Below, piece after piece: positions 5,462 through 13,729 of a DNA stretch of 64,000 nucleotides. A program made the position numbers and the translations under genes. The stretch is taken from IMG/VR virus record IMGVR_UViG_3300017971_000190, positions 1-64,000 of that record. One strand, written 5' to 3'. Numbering within the stretch: the stretch's first letter is position 1; every line of letters starts with the position of its first letter. Under the pieces are notes generated by a model. The model worked only from the letters and a program-made list of their open reading frames with translations. It was not told the origin of the DNA and did no database searches.

Positions 5462-5632
5462 ATGGAAAGACTTATTTATCGCTTTATTCCTAACGTTGAG
5501 ACCTTAATTGAGCAATACGAGTTGGAAGGTTTCGAGGTGCGGGGATACAGTGAGTACAGTTCTGACGGGATTCCTAGGGTGGCTGAGATGGTCAAGTGGG
5601 TTTCTGATAAACCGTCTCAAGAAAAGGAATGA
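5462..5632 (+). CDS. Hypothetical protein (56 aa; below the ORF-track cutoff)
   Basis: SD aggaggt, ATG..TGA open frame. Confidence 0.65.
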   Translation: MERLIYRFIPNVETLIEQYELEGFEVRGYSEYSSDGIPRVAEMVKWVSDKPSQEKE

Positions 5633-5657
5633 TTTTTGATTTTCTTCTCTTTCTTTT

Positions 5658-5732
5658 CGGGGAATAACTCAGTCTGGTAGAGTGCCTGCTTTGGGAGCAG
5701 GAAGTTCGCAGGTTCGAATCCTGTTTCCCCGA
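5658..5732 (+). tRNA. tRNA-Pro(TGG)
   Basis: Cloverleaf; C1-G72; cctgc-ttTGGga-gcagg. Confidence 0.95.
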
Positions 5733-5798
5733 TTAAGTTTATTTTTCAAAGTACACGAAAAATAAACTACCTCACTGGTACAGAGGTTAAAGTACTGT

Positions 5799-5959
5799 GG
5801 ACAAGTGTTGTGCAGAGGGTAGCACAGAGAGTAAGCTAACGAAAAGCGAAACCTGCCGTGCGAGAAGAGCAGGTCCACGGTGTAATCGGAATGCCTCTAG
5901 TGTGGTGCACCACAGCTAGTTTTAATGCCAATGAGAGGTTCGATTCCTCTCCTTGTCCA
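5799..5959 (+). ncRNA. tRNA-like termini enclosing a ~125-nt pseudoknotted insert
   Basis: ggacaag/cttgtcc plus T-arm gagagg-TTCGATT-cctctc; acctgc/gcaggt stem whose loop ccgtg pairs with cacgg. Confidence 0.55.
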
Positions 5960-5981
5960 AATGTTGGGTTGGTACTTTACC

Positions 5982-6180
5982 AACGACAACAGCTTTCTTC
6001 GGGAGCCCGGAAGAAAGGCTTAACCAGCGCCAGTGAGCTTCAATGGGTCGTGCACACACCGCGTTGAAGATGACTCTGGGGTAGTAGGAAGGTGCACAGA
6101 ACGGCAAACTAGGCTTTTCCTAGGTTGGCTTCTAGGCACCGATCCCTCCTTCAGTGGTGTGTGGGGCTTGGTTGTTCGTT
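5982..6180 (+). ncRNA. ~200-nt structured RNA with GTGCAC loop
   Basis: acgacaac/gttgttcgt ends; agctttcttc/gaagaaaggct hairpin; cttcaa/ttgaag stem; gtgcac at 6050 and 6092. Confidence 0.5.
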
Positions 6181-6219
6181 CACACAGGGCTCAATTTTAA
6201 AAATTATTAAAGGTGAAAA

Positions 6220-6417
6220 ATGAAGCTAACTAAAAAACAAGAAAAATTGGTAAAAGAGGTTATTGGAGACGGCACCGATTTTCCAAAATTTACAAACGAC
6301 CCTTATGTTAATCACAGAGTAGACATGCTTGTTTGTGACTGTCCACCTTGGGAGGAGTTGAGTAAGGAAGAGCAAGATTTGTATTTTGAGGAAGTAGAAG
6401 CTTCTAAAATGGAATAA
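6220..6417 (+). CDS. Hypothetical protein (65 aa)
   Basis: ORF with SD aaggtg. Confidence 0.65.
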   Translation: MKLTKKQEKLVKEVIGDGTDFPKFTNDPYVNHRVDMLVCDCPPWEELSKEEQDLYFEEVEASKME

Positions 6418-6438
6418 TTATTAATAGTATTGTTTCTT

Positions 6439-6510
6439 TGAGGCGTAGGCAAACGGTAAGCCACGAATTTTTGGTGTTCGGCATTGGAGGTTCGAATCCT
6501 CCCGCCTCAA
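6439..6510 (+). tRNA. tRNA-Gln(TTG)
   Basis: Cloverleaf; T1-A72; cgaat-ttTTGgt-gttcg. Confidence 0.88.
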
Positions 6511-6512
6511 AA

Positions 6513-6662
6513 ATGAAAAAAGAAAAACCTTTGAAGGATTTACTGCCGAATCCATGTTGTTGCAGTTTTCCCATGGAACCATTGAAAGTAACAAAACCAC
6601 TTAGAGAAAAATTGTGGAAGTGTCTCAAGTGTGGTAAGTTGATCTATAAATACAAAAACTAG
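6513..6662 (+). CDS. Small Cys-rich hypothetical protein (49 aa)
   Basis: ATG after tRNA-Gln; CC..CxxC. Confidence 0.45.
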   Translation: MKKEKPLKDLLPNPCCCSFPMEPLKVTKPLREKLWKCLKCGKLIYKYKN

Positions 6663-6665
6663 TGC

Positions 6666-6755
6666 GGAGTGTATAGTGTTTAAATGGCAACACGGCTAGT
6701 GGCTAACGGGTCATACCTGCCAGGCAAAAGTGGGTTCAAATCCTGCAACACTCCA
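6666..6755 (+). tRNA. Degenerate tRNA-like RNA
   Basis: ggagtgt/acactcc, D-arm gtgtt/aacac, TTCAAAT loop; anticodon arm poorly paired. Confidence 0.4.
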
Positions 6756-6824
6756 TATAATGTTTAGCGAGAGACAAGCAGTTGGGCTCTCGTGGCGACT
6801 TTGTAGAGGGTGTACAATTTTTCT

Positions 6825-6897
6825 GGGCGATTAACTCAGTTGGCAGAGTGCAATCTTTACGCGGTTGAAGTCACAGGTTCAAACCCTGTATCGCCCA
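6825..6897 (+). tRNA. tRNA-Val(TAC)
   Basis: Cloverleaf; caatc-ttTACgc-ggttg. Confidence 0.9.
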
Positions 6898-6905
6898 AAA
6901 AGAAG

Positions 6906-6934
6906 TTGACTTTACCACTACTCTGTGTTAGCCT
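6906..6934 (+). promoter_or_regulatory. Sigma70-like promoter
   Basis: TTGACT-17-TAGCCT with TG upstream of the -10. Confidence 0.45.
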
Positions 6935-7072
6935 TTTCTTAATCCGTGAGAGATCAGGCTCAACTGCTCTCACGGGGTTGTCAACGGGGTGGGCCAATCC
7001 CCTGACGGCGGGAGCTGCGTTTCCTTTTGGAAGCAGTCTCCCGTTTTAATTTTAGAAAGGAAACAAAGCACC

Positions 7073-7273
7073 ATGGTAGAAGAAAAAGAAACCTACGAAG
7101 CTATCAATTTTGGTTGGGACGGTGATGATTTTGTAACCGAAGATGTTACAGGCAAAATTCGTCGCTATCACGGTGCCAAAATTACCGACGTTAAGCGAGA
7201 GTGTTCTGTGGAAGTTCAAGACGGTAAAGTGATTGGACACTTTTCGTTTCAATTACCGAAAAAGAAAGGCTAA
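7073..7273 (+). CDS. Hypothetical protein
   Basis: SD aaagg; start re-assigned to ATG 7073. Confidence 0.65.
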   Translation: MVEEKETYEAINFGWDGDDFVTEDVTGKIRRYHGAKITDVKRECSVEVQDGKVIGHFSFQLPKKKG

Positions 7274-7277
7274 GAGA

Positions 7278-7565
7278 ATGACTATGGTAAAAGAACACGA
7301 ACTTAAGTATGGGGTAGATGGTTGCCTCTTAACCTGGCAAAACCCTTTTCCTGAAGAAGTAACCTGTGCTTGTTGTGGAAAAGAAGGTGCACGTTTAGCT
7401 TTTGTTCTACAAGAATCAGGCAAAAAGGAGCACGCTTGTAATTTATATCAAAACGATCCGGATGGAGAGGGATTTTGGGTGCACGATTCAGCTGCTTTTG
7501 CAGTTTATTTGTGCAGAGATATTAATTGCCCTGAAAAAGCTACCGCTAAGTGGAATCAAGCTTAA
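7278..7565 (+). CDS. Hypothetical Cys-containing protein
   Basis: ORF directly after the previous gene. Confidence 0.65.
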   Translation: MTMVKEHELKYGVDGCLLTWQNPFPEEVTCACCGKEGARLAFVLQESGKKEHACNLYQNDPDGEGFWVHDSAAFAVYLCRDINCPEKATAKWNQA

Positions 7566-7574
7566 AATATTTTT

Positions 7575-7647
7575 GGGTCCTTAGCTCAGCTGGTAGAGCA
7601 CCGGACTTTTAATCCGTAGGTCTTCGGTTCAAACCCGAAAGGACTCA
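7575..7647 (+). tRNA. tRNA-Lys(TTT)
   Basis: Cloverleaf; ccgga-ctTTTaa-tccgt. Confidence 0.92.
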
Positions 7648-7699
7648 TTAGTTCACCCATCAGAATAGTAAGTTTTAAGGAGAAAGATCATGAAGAAGA

Positions 7700-8377
7700 T
7701 TGTGCCTTCAAATTGTTGTAAACAGAATCAAGTATTTAAACTTAAACGAAAGAAGAACTGTTTTGAAAACATACCCAAGTATGGTTTATCCTCCCTTTGG
7801 AGGATTGAAGGAGTACCTTCACACCTTTGCTAAGTTGGACGGCAGCAATCTCAGATTTGAATGGAGCAAGAAAAAAGGTTGGTACAAAGTTGGAACCCGG
7901 CATCGTCTTGTAGACGAAAGTGATTCTATTTTTGGAAAAGCTCCCCTTATTTTTCAAGAAACTTTGGCTGACCAGTGCGAGAAAATTTGTAGAGATAATC
8001 GTTGGCAGAGAGCTGTGATTTTCTGCGAGTACTATGGACCACAAAGCTTTGCTGGCCTGCATGAAATTGGAGGTACGATGACGCTAACGGTTATAGACGT
8101 AGCTCCTTACAAAAAAGGCATTTTACCACCTACTGATTTTCTAAAACTGTTTGGAGAATTAGGGCCGCATTACCTGGGATACTTGAAGTGGAATTTTAAT
8201 TTCATAAATCGAGTTCATCAGGGTTTAGAGCCTGAAGCTAGTTTTGAAGGAGTAGTTGGTAAAGCTAAAGGGAAAGGAAATACACTACTTCTCTACAAAA
8301 CCAAAACTCAAGCCTGGAAAGATGAAGTTAAAAAACGATACAGTAAGAAGGAAGCAGAAAAAATAATTCATAGCTAA
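7700..8377 (+). CDS. ATP-dependent RNA ligase (Rnl2-like nucleotidyltransferase)
   Basis: Motifs KLDGSN (I), FCEYYG (III), FEGVV (IV), YKTK (V). Confidence 0.75.
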   Translation: MCLQIVVNRIKYLNLNERRTVLKTYPSMVYPPFGGLKEYLHTFAKLDGSNLRFEWSKKKGWYKVGTRHRLVDESDSIFGKAPLIFQETLADQCEKICRDNRWQRAVIFCEYYGPQSFAGLHEIGGTMTLTVIDVAPYKKGILPPTDFLKLFGELGPHYLGYLKWNFNFINRVHQGLEPEASFEGVVGKAKGKGNTLLLYKTKTQAWKDEVKKRYSKKEAEKIIHS

Positions 8378-8414
8378 GGTAAACATCGATTAACTTTTCA
8401 GAAAGGAAAGCCCT

Positions 8415-8651
8415 ATGTCTATTGTGCGCAAAGCCACTGTTAAGGGTGAAGTGGAAACACCCGCGTGTGAAAAGTGTGGAGAACCCCTAAAGCTGGGTAC
8501 ACGAAAACCCGTTTTTAACCCTTTTCACGAGGGAGCCAAAAAACTAGGCAACGGGTTAATTTGTGAGACCCCCGTTGCTCATGATTATTGGTTTTCCCCT
8601 TGTTCGCATTGCACACCTCCTCATGTAGTAATTAGAAAATTGGTATGCTGA
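8415..8651 (+). CDS. Hypothetical Zn-binding protein
   Basis: CxxC..CxxC; SD. Confidence 0.6.
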   Translation: MSIVRKATVKGEVETPACEKCGEPLKLGTRKPVFNPFHEGAKKLGNGLICETPVAHDYWFSPCSHCTPPHVVIRKLVC

Positions 8652-8652
8652 T

Positions 8653-8946
8653 TTGTCTTCCCGCCGCACCACCAAAAAAGAAAAACATCAGGCCATTTTT
8701 CTTGGTCTCTACACCAATGAAACTGGTTCTGATGTTGTCTACGTTTGGGAAGTTTGTAACGATCTCAAACCTGTTAAAGATTTTGCTGTTTGCTACACCC
8801 CTATTGTTAAAAATGGTAAGATGCTTCGTGGTACTTTTGAACGCATAGCTGATTGGAAAGGGTTTCCTTATTACGGCGGTCAGGAAGAATTTCTAAAACA
8901 TTTTCCTCATAGAGTGGAAAAAATTAAAATAGAGTTTGAGGAGTAG
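8653..8946 (+). CDS. Hypothetical protein, GLYT..G..VYV domain family
   Basis: Similar to both halves of 10125-10562. Confidence 0.65.
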   Translation: MSSRRTTKKEKHQAIFLGLYTNETGSDVVYVWEVCNDLKPVKDFAVCYTPIVKNGKMLRGTFERIADWKGFPYYGGQEEFLKHFPHRVEKIKIEFEE

Positions 8947-8951
8947 TTGTT

Positions 8952-9395
8952 TTGGCTCATCAATTAAATTGGCCTAGTATCAAGTATTTTCTTAAAGATT
9001 ACCTACTAGCTTTGGTCTACGAAGACTACAAACGGTGGCCTTATTGTTGTCAGGGTTTTCTTAAAAAAGAAAGCTACAGTGACTTTTTTTCTGGATTCAA
9101 GACTATTCTAACTAAAGGCTACGTGCCTTATGAAATTAGTGATCTTTGTGATCATCTTGCTCCTTTAATTCTTCCACGTCTCCAACGATTCAGAAAAGTT
9201 GTCTACAGTCATCCGGCTGATATGACTTTCGAAGAGTGGGAAGAAAAATTGGACAAAATGCTCTTTTCTTTTCAATTTGTTGTAGATAGAAGAGGCGATG
9301 ATGTTGGAGCTGACGACGAGAGTACGGCTACGCACAGTCAAGTAGAAGAAGGTTTTCAACTTTTTGGTGCTTATTTTCGCCACCTTTGGCTTTGA
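8952..9395 (+). CDS. Hypothetical protein
   Basis: 147-aa ORF in gene string. Confidence 0.65.
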   Translation: MAHQLNWPSIKYFLKDYLLALVYEDYKRWPYCCQGFLKKESYSDFFSGFKTILTKGYVPYEISDLCDHLAPLILPRLQRFRKVVYSHPADMTFEEWEEKLDKMLFSFQFVVDRRGDDVGADDESTATHSQVEEGFQLFGAYFRHLWL

Positions 9396-9403
9396 AAAAG
9401 TTG

Positions 9404-9431
9404 TTGACAACTTGTTAGCACTGTGTAATAC
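9404..9431 (+). promoter_or_regulatory. Sigma70-like promoter
   Basis: TTGACA-16-TAATAC with TGTG. Confidence 0.45.
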
Positions 9432-9442
9432 TACTTTTTGTC

Positions 9443-9652
9443 ATGCCATTTTTGTACAAAGTCTCCTACCGTGGTGAGAGAAAGCTGGTAGAAGCCAATT
9501 TTCCTCACCAAGCTTTGAAAAAAGCCTTTCCTGGTTTTAAATTTGAAGCAGGTCTTAGGACCAATGCAGCTCCTCTTACCTTCGTTTATAGTGGACGCAC
9601 TGAAGAAGAGGGCCATGCTGTAGTAGAAGAGCAAGAGGAGTGGTTAACGTGA
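9443..9652 (+). CDS. Hypothetical protein
   Basis: ORF after promoter. Confidence 0.55.
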   Translation: MPFLYKVSYRGERKLVEANFPHQALKKAFPGFKFEAGLRTNAAPLTFVYSGRTEEEGHAVVEEQEEWLT

Positions 9653-9903
9653 GTAGGGTAGAAGTCAAAGGAAATGGTCGGTACAGTATGGCCTTTGGTG
9701 TTGACCTCTTTCCCTCCATTGGGGCCTTTGTTCAGGTGTGGGACCATACAAAGTACGACATGCCTGACGGCGACAACCTTGTTGAAGAACACGACCGGAG
9801 CACTACGGGTGGATTTAATCTCACTGAAGAGTTTGTAATTCAACTGGCTCGCCGGTACGATATTGATCTAGACCCCAGAGAAGTGTGGGAAGTTTTTGAC
9901 TAA
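9640..9903 (+). CDS. Hypothetical protein
   Basis: Overlapping gene string; true start probably GTG 9649. Confidence 0.6.
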   Translation: MVNVSRVEVKGNGRYSMAFGVDLFPSIGAFVQVWDHTKYDMPDGDNLVEEHDRSTTGGFNLTEEFVIQLARRYDIDLDPREVWEVFD

Positions 9904-10099
9904 ACGAGAAAAAATCATAAGGGGCCTTATTAGAGATAGTACCGATTGGGCTGTCCATCATATTTTGGAGCTGGAAAAAGAAAATGCAGCTCTTCGTGAG
10001 GAAATTGAAGAGTTGGAAGATAGATGTGATTGGACTGATACACACGGTCAAAAGTGTGACTGTATAGAATGCAAAGTACCAGGAGCTGACGAGCTTTAA
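9896..10099 (+). CDS. Hypothetical coiled-coil/Cys protein
   Basis: ORF in gene string. Confidence 0.55.
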   Translation: MTKREKIIRGLIRDSTDWAVHHILELEKENAALREEIEELEDRCDWTDTHGQKCDCIECKVPGADEL

Positions 10100-10124
10100 C
10101 CAAATTTCAAGGAGAACAAACCTT

Positions 10125-10562
10125 ATGAGAAATTCAATTGCCAAAGGGCTTTATACCAACAACAGTGGGAGGCAAACTGTTTATCTTTTCGATTCTTGGC
10201 AAGACAACTGGTTAAACCCTCCTAAATTTACTGTGGATTACGAGGACGTTAAAACTGGAGACCAAGAAGAAATTCCTCTTGATCTATTTAAAATACGTTT
10301 TCCTCATAAAATTGACAAAATAGAAGTACAGTTCAAAGATGTGAATAAAAAATTCGACTGTGAAGCTAAGCCCTCTTTTGGTCTTTACACTGATCACAGG
10401 GGCAGAAGTGTGGTTTACGTTTATGATGTTTGGGGTACCAAGTACAGAAACGGTGTTGAGTACGCCAACGTCAAAAATAATGAGAGAATAGATTTATCGT
10501 GGGAAGAGTTCAACAAGAAGTACCCTCACAAGGTGGAAAAAGTTCTGATTGAGTTCAAGTAA
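10125..10562 (+). CDS. Hypothetical protein with two tandem GLYT..G..VY domains
   Basis: Internal duplication visible in translation; SD aggag. Confidence 0.75.
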   Translation: MRNSIAKGLYTNNSGRQTVYLFDSWQDNWLNPPKFTVDYEDVKTGDQEEIPLDLFKIRFPHKIDKIEVQFKDVNKKFDCEAKPSFGLYTDHRGRSVVYVYDVWGTKYRNGVEYANVKNNERIDLSWEEFNKKYPHKVEKVLIEFK

Positions 10563-10740
10563 CTCAGTCGGAGGGTCGTGCACGGCTGGCCCTTAGCGCA
10601 ATCTGAGTTAAGAAAATGGGCTGCCAGATGACATCGCTCATGAGACTGATCCTCTCGAAACCCCCGTTTTCTTGTAATAATTTTCTACGGCAGTGATCCC
10701 GGTTGTCTCAGACCCTGCAATCCGTGTGTTTTAAGATGCC
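10561..10740 (+). ncRNA. Structured intergenic region
   Basis: Stems aactcag/ctgagtt and aagaaaatggg/cccgttttctt; shares gggtcgtgcac with 6045-6055. Confidence 0.35.
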
Positions 10741-10745
10741 CTCTC

Positions 10746-11033
10746 ATGCTGACTAAATTGCTATCTAAACTTGGAATTTCCTACAGTTTTAATTTTGAAA
10801 CTGAAGAAAGTAGACGAGAAGAACACGCTATTTTGCGAGCTTGGGAAAGATTTAGTATCAGACTAACTCCCTCTGACCTGGAAACAATCACTGCACAGCT
10901 TAAAAAAGAGAACCCTAAACCCATCAAAAATAAAAGCAGAAACAGAAGTGTATACGAGATTACTTATTTTGGTGTGCCGATGAAGGTACTCTGCAACAAC
11001 ACTTCTAAATTGATTTACACTTTTTTAAGGTGA
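10746..11033 (+). CDS. Hypothetical protein
   Basis: 95-aa ORF. Confidence 0.6.
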   Translation: MLTKLLSKLGISYSFNFETEESRREEHAILRAWERFSIRLTPSDLETITAQLKKENPKPIKNKSRNRSVYEITYFGVPMKVLCNNTSKLIYTFLR

Positions 11034-11037
11034 AGAG

Positions 11038-11238
11038 ATGGATGCAGATAAAACCAGCATATGTCATATCGAGTACGATGACGAAACCAACTCTTGGGTT
11101 TGTATTCATTGTAAAGATAAGTTTACAGAAGTTAGAAAGCCTCCCAAAACTACAGCGTTAGATATAGCTGTTCCTCTACTTGGAGCTGCTGCTGCTTTTT
11201 TCTTGATAATTGTAGTCCCAATTATCAGATTTAGATAA
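11038..11238 (+). CDS. Small Zn-ribbon protein with C-terminal TM helix
   Basis: CxxC plus hydrophobic tail. Confidence 0.55.
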   Translation: MDADKTSICHIEYDDETNSWVCIHCKDKFTEVRKPPKTTALDIAVPLLGAAAAFFLIIVVPIIRFR

Positions 11239-11247
11239 TTTTTAAAG

Positions 11248-11276
11248 TTGACAACGCAAAGAAAATCTGCTAAATT
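11248..11276 (+). promoter_or_regulatory. Sigma70-like promoter
   Basis: TTGACA-17-TAAATT. Confidence 0.6.
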
Positions 11277-11303
11277 TTAGAAATCGAAAGGAAAGTGTGA
11301 CCC

Positions 11304-11627
11304 GTGTGTTATTTTCAGGACATTGCTGTAAAAAAAGTTGTAGTAGAAGTCATTTCCGAGCTGGTGGGAAAGCGTAAGCGCTTCACCGGTTGGGAAGTGA
11401 ATCAAAAATTACAAAACCGCAAAGGCTTTGCTCACCTTCCCCCACCCTGGCAGATCAGCTCCTATGTACGGGAACTGTTTAATGGGCATAACAGTGCTTT
11501 TTCAGGTTATGCCTGTTATCCAGTTGATGGAGGCCCCTTGCTCTATTTCCCAATTCCGTACTATGTGAGAAATCATGTCGAAAAAATCCAAAAAGAAATC
11601 CAAACGGAAGGCCAAACCGAAAAGTAA
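11304..11627 (+). CDS. Hypothetical protein
   Basis: SD aaagg, GTG start. Confidence 0.6.
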   Translation: MCYFQDIAVKKVVVEVISELVGKRKRFTGWEVNQKLQNRKGFAHLPPPWQISSYVRELFNGHNSAFSGYACYPVDGGPLLYFPIPYYVRNHVEKIQKEIQTEGQTEK

Positions 11628-12426
11628 CCCTTCTGTTTCGATGCCCAGTGTTCAGGAACTTTTTGGTTCCAGTTGTCGTTATCGCCTTAGCAGTTCTTTT
11701 CGTGGACCTCAATTAGAAGGTTACGAATTCTTATGTGCTTTCGAAAACAAAGTACACTCTTACCACACCCCCACAATGCAGAAGCTTGGCAATATTAAAC
11801 AAGCTTGGCATGGTACCAATAAGGCTGCACTTAAAAGCATTGCTGTGGATGGATTACTCACGCCTTTTCAGCGTCGAAAGCGAGATCGCTGGACTAGCAT
11901 ACACGGTATGTTTGGACCAGGAATTTATTTAGCTCCTAACATTGAAAAAGCGGCTATGTTCGCATGGCAGCATAAGCATTTGAAGTTTGTTCTTCAATGC
12001 TATGTTGCTTTGGGAAAACCTCATTTTGCTACTCAAACAGGAAACTATTACGAAACAGCTGAAATGGAAGACAAGCATAGTGTCATAGGTGGAAGAGGAT
12101 CACTGACTGGAGCTTGGGGTGGTAGACTCTTAAACGAAGAGTGGGTAATTTTCGATAATCAACAAGCTACTGTAGACATGGTACTCGTGTACAGATGCGT
12201 GGAAACTCCTAAGGCTACCCCATTTCGAGGCTCGATTGGACGACGATTTTATAACAGTAGTAGAGAACCACAAGGTGTTGTTCGTTACCACCCTTGCAAA
12301 CGAAATGGCAAGCTTTGTCGCAATGCTTTTGGCTCTGGTGGCTGTGTGGAAAAAGGTATAACTACTGGAGCGAGTGCCTTTTCAGATTACTGCAGAGATT
12401 ATCAAGTATCCTTGATTCACAAATAA
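11575..12426 (+). CDS. PARP-like (H-Y-E class) ADP-ribosyltransferase domain protein
   Basis: WHGT, GMFGPGIYLA, VALGK, NEEWVIF motifs. Confidence 0.8.
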   Translation: MSKKSKKKSKRKAKPKSNPSVSMPSVQELFGSSCRYRLSSSFRGPQLEGYEFLCAFENKVHSYHTPTMQKLGNIKQAWHGTNKAALKSIAVDGLLTPFQRRKRDRWTSIHGMFGPGIYLAPNIEKAAMFAWQHKHLKFVLQCYVALGKPHFATQTGNYYETAEMEDKHSVIGGRGSLTGAWGGRLLNEEWVIFDNQQATVDMVLVYRCVETPKATPFRGSIGRRFYNSSREPQGVVRYHPCKRNGKLCRNAFGSGGCVEKGITTGASAFSDYCRDYQVSLIHK

Positions 12427-12441
12427 AATAAGGGGTTTTAA

Positions 12442-12627
12442 ATGAGATATCGGGACAGGCCAGAAAACCGCCTTTGTACTGGACACAGAGCTTCTCGTCC
12501 AGAAAAATATGTGTGCTCGGTTTGTAAAAAAGAGAGGCATCGAATTGAGATGAGCCGAACAAGGGACATTTGTTTAGAGTGTATTTTTAAAGAAGAGGAA
12601 AATATCAATGAGCACAGCTTTGAGTAA
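12442..12627 (+). CDS. Small Cys/His Zn-binding protein
   Basis: CxxC pairs. Confidence 0.5.
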   Translation: MRYRDRPENRLCTGHRASRPEKYVCSVCKKERHRIEMSRTRDICLECIFKEEENINEHSFE

Positions 12628-13171
12628 AGACGATTTCAAAATTGTTTACTTTCATCTTCCCTCTCAAAATGAAGAGGAAGAACCTCCTAAAGGGGTTGTA
12701 GTAGTTCACTTATCTACAGGTCTTTCTGGAATCGGAGAAGACCCTAAATTAAATACCAGAGACAACATCCTAGTTGCTCTTAAAAAGATGGCACATCTAG
12801 CAAAAATTCCTCCAGGTGAAGTTGAGAGTTTTTTCTCTTGTCCGACCTGTCACCTGGAAAGACTACCTTATTTTGAAAATTGGAAAAGTGACCATAGTTA
12901 TGAATATGGTAGAATCTTTACTGCTAATGATCATCCCGCTAAAGCTAAGGATGTTAAATTTAAGCCTACTCCTATTTGTGCTGCCATAGTTTTCAAAAAT
13001 GAAAAGGATACATATTGGTTTTGGGATGTAGTCCCAACAGGAGAAGAGGATCATGAAGATCCTCTAGGTTTTTCTCACTTTGTTGAAGATGCTATTAAAG
13101 AAGCAGAAAAGGCAGCTCTTGAGATTGTGAATAAGTCTCTTAAAGCTGATGAACTCGGACCTCGGAATTAA
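12608..13171 (+). CDS. Hypothetical protein
   Basis: 187-aa ORF, SD gagg. Confidence 0.7.
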   Translation: MSTALSKDDFKIVYFHLPSQNEEEEPPKGVVVVHLSTGLSGIGEDPKLNTRDNILVALKKMAHLAKIPPGEVESFFSCPTCHLERLPYFENWKSDHSYEYGRIFTANDHPAKAKDVKFKPTPICAAIVFKNEKDTYWFWDVVPTGEEDHEDPLGFSHFVEDAIKEAEKAALEIVNKSLKADELGPRN

Positions 13172-13172
13172 A

Positions 13173-13715
13173 ATGCCAGCAAAACCCACTGTTAAGAGTA
13201 CCATTAAAAAACATGTGCTTGAAAGTTTGTTAGAGGGTGGTAATGTAATCTTGCACATAAACCCCAAAGTTAAAGAAAAAGTTGTACTTCCACCTGATTT
13301 GGATGAAGCTTTTAATGTCGTTCTCTGTATTGGCCTGAATACTCCCTATCCAATTCCAGATTTAACCCTTTCTGATATAGGAGTCGAAGCTACACTGACT
13401 ATTAATCGAGAAGAGTATTTTTGTTCTTTACCTTGGAAATCGATTTATTATATGGGATTAGTAGGAGATATTGGGAGAGGTTGGCCAGAAGATGCTCCTA
13501 TGGCATTGCTTCATCATTGGCATCTACGATTGGCCCAACCCTTTGAAGAGCTTAGAAATGAATTAGAAAATGAGGGTGTCTCTACAGTTTATGAAGAATC
13601 AGAACCAGCTAAAAAGAAATACCCTTTTACAATTATTTCTGGAGACGGAGAGGCATCTTCCTCTCACCCCGTAGATTCACATTTCCTAACTTTACTTACT
13701 CCTTCCTCTGATTAA
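13173..13715 (+). CDS. sspB: SspB-like ClpXP specificity-enhancing adaptor
   Basis: KKHVLESLLEGG.VILHINP..VVLP..L..L..G.NTPYPIPDL.LSD.GV.ATLT.N..EYFC.LPWKSIY fits the delta/myxobacterial SspB fold; acidic flexible tail. Confidence 0.7.
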   Translation: MPAKPTVKSTIKKHVLESLLEGGNVILHINPKVKEKVVLPPDLDEAFNVVLCIGLNTPYPIPDLTLSDIGVEATLTINREEYFCSLPWKSIYYMGLVGDIGRGWPEDAPMALLHHWHLRLAQPFEELRNELENEGVSTVYEESEPAKKKYPFTIISGDGEASSSHPVDSHFLTLLTPSSD

Positions 13716-13729
13716 TTGTCTTTTCTTCC

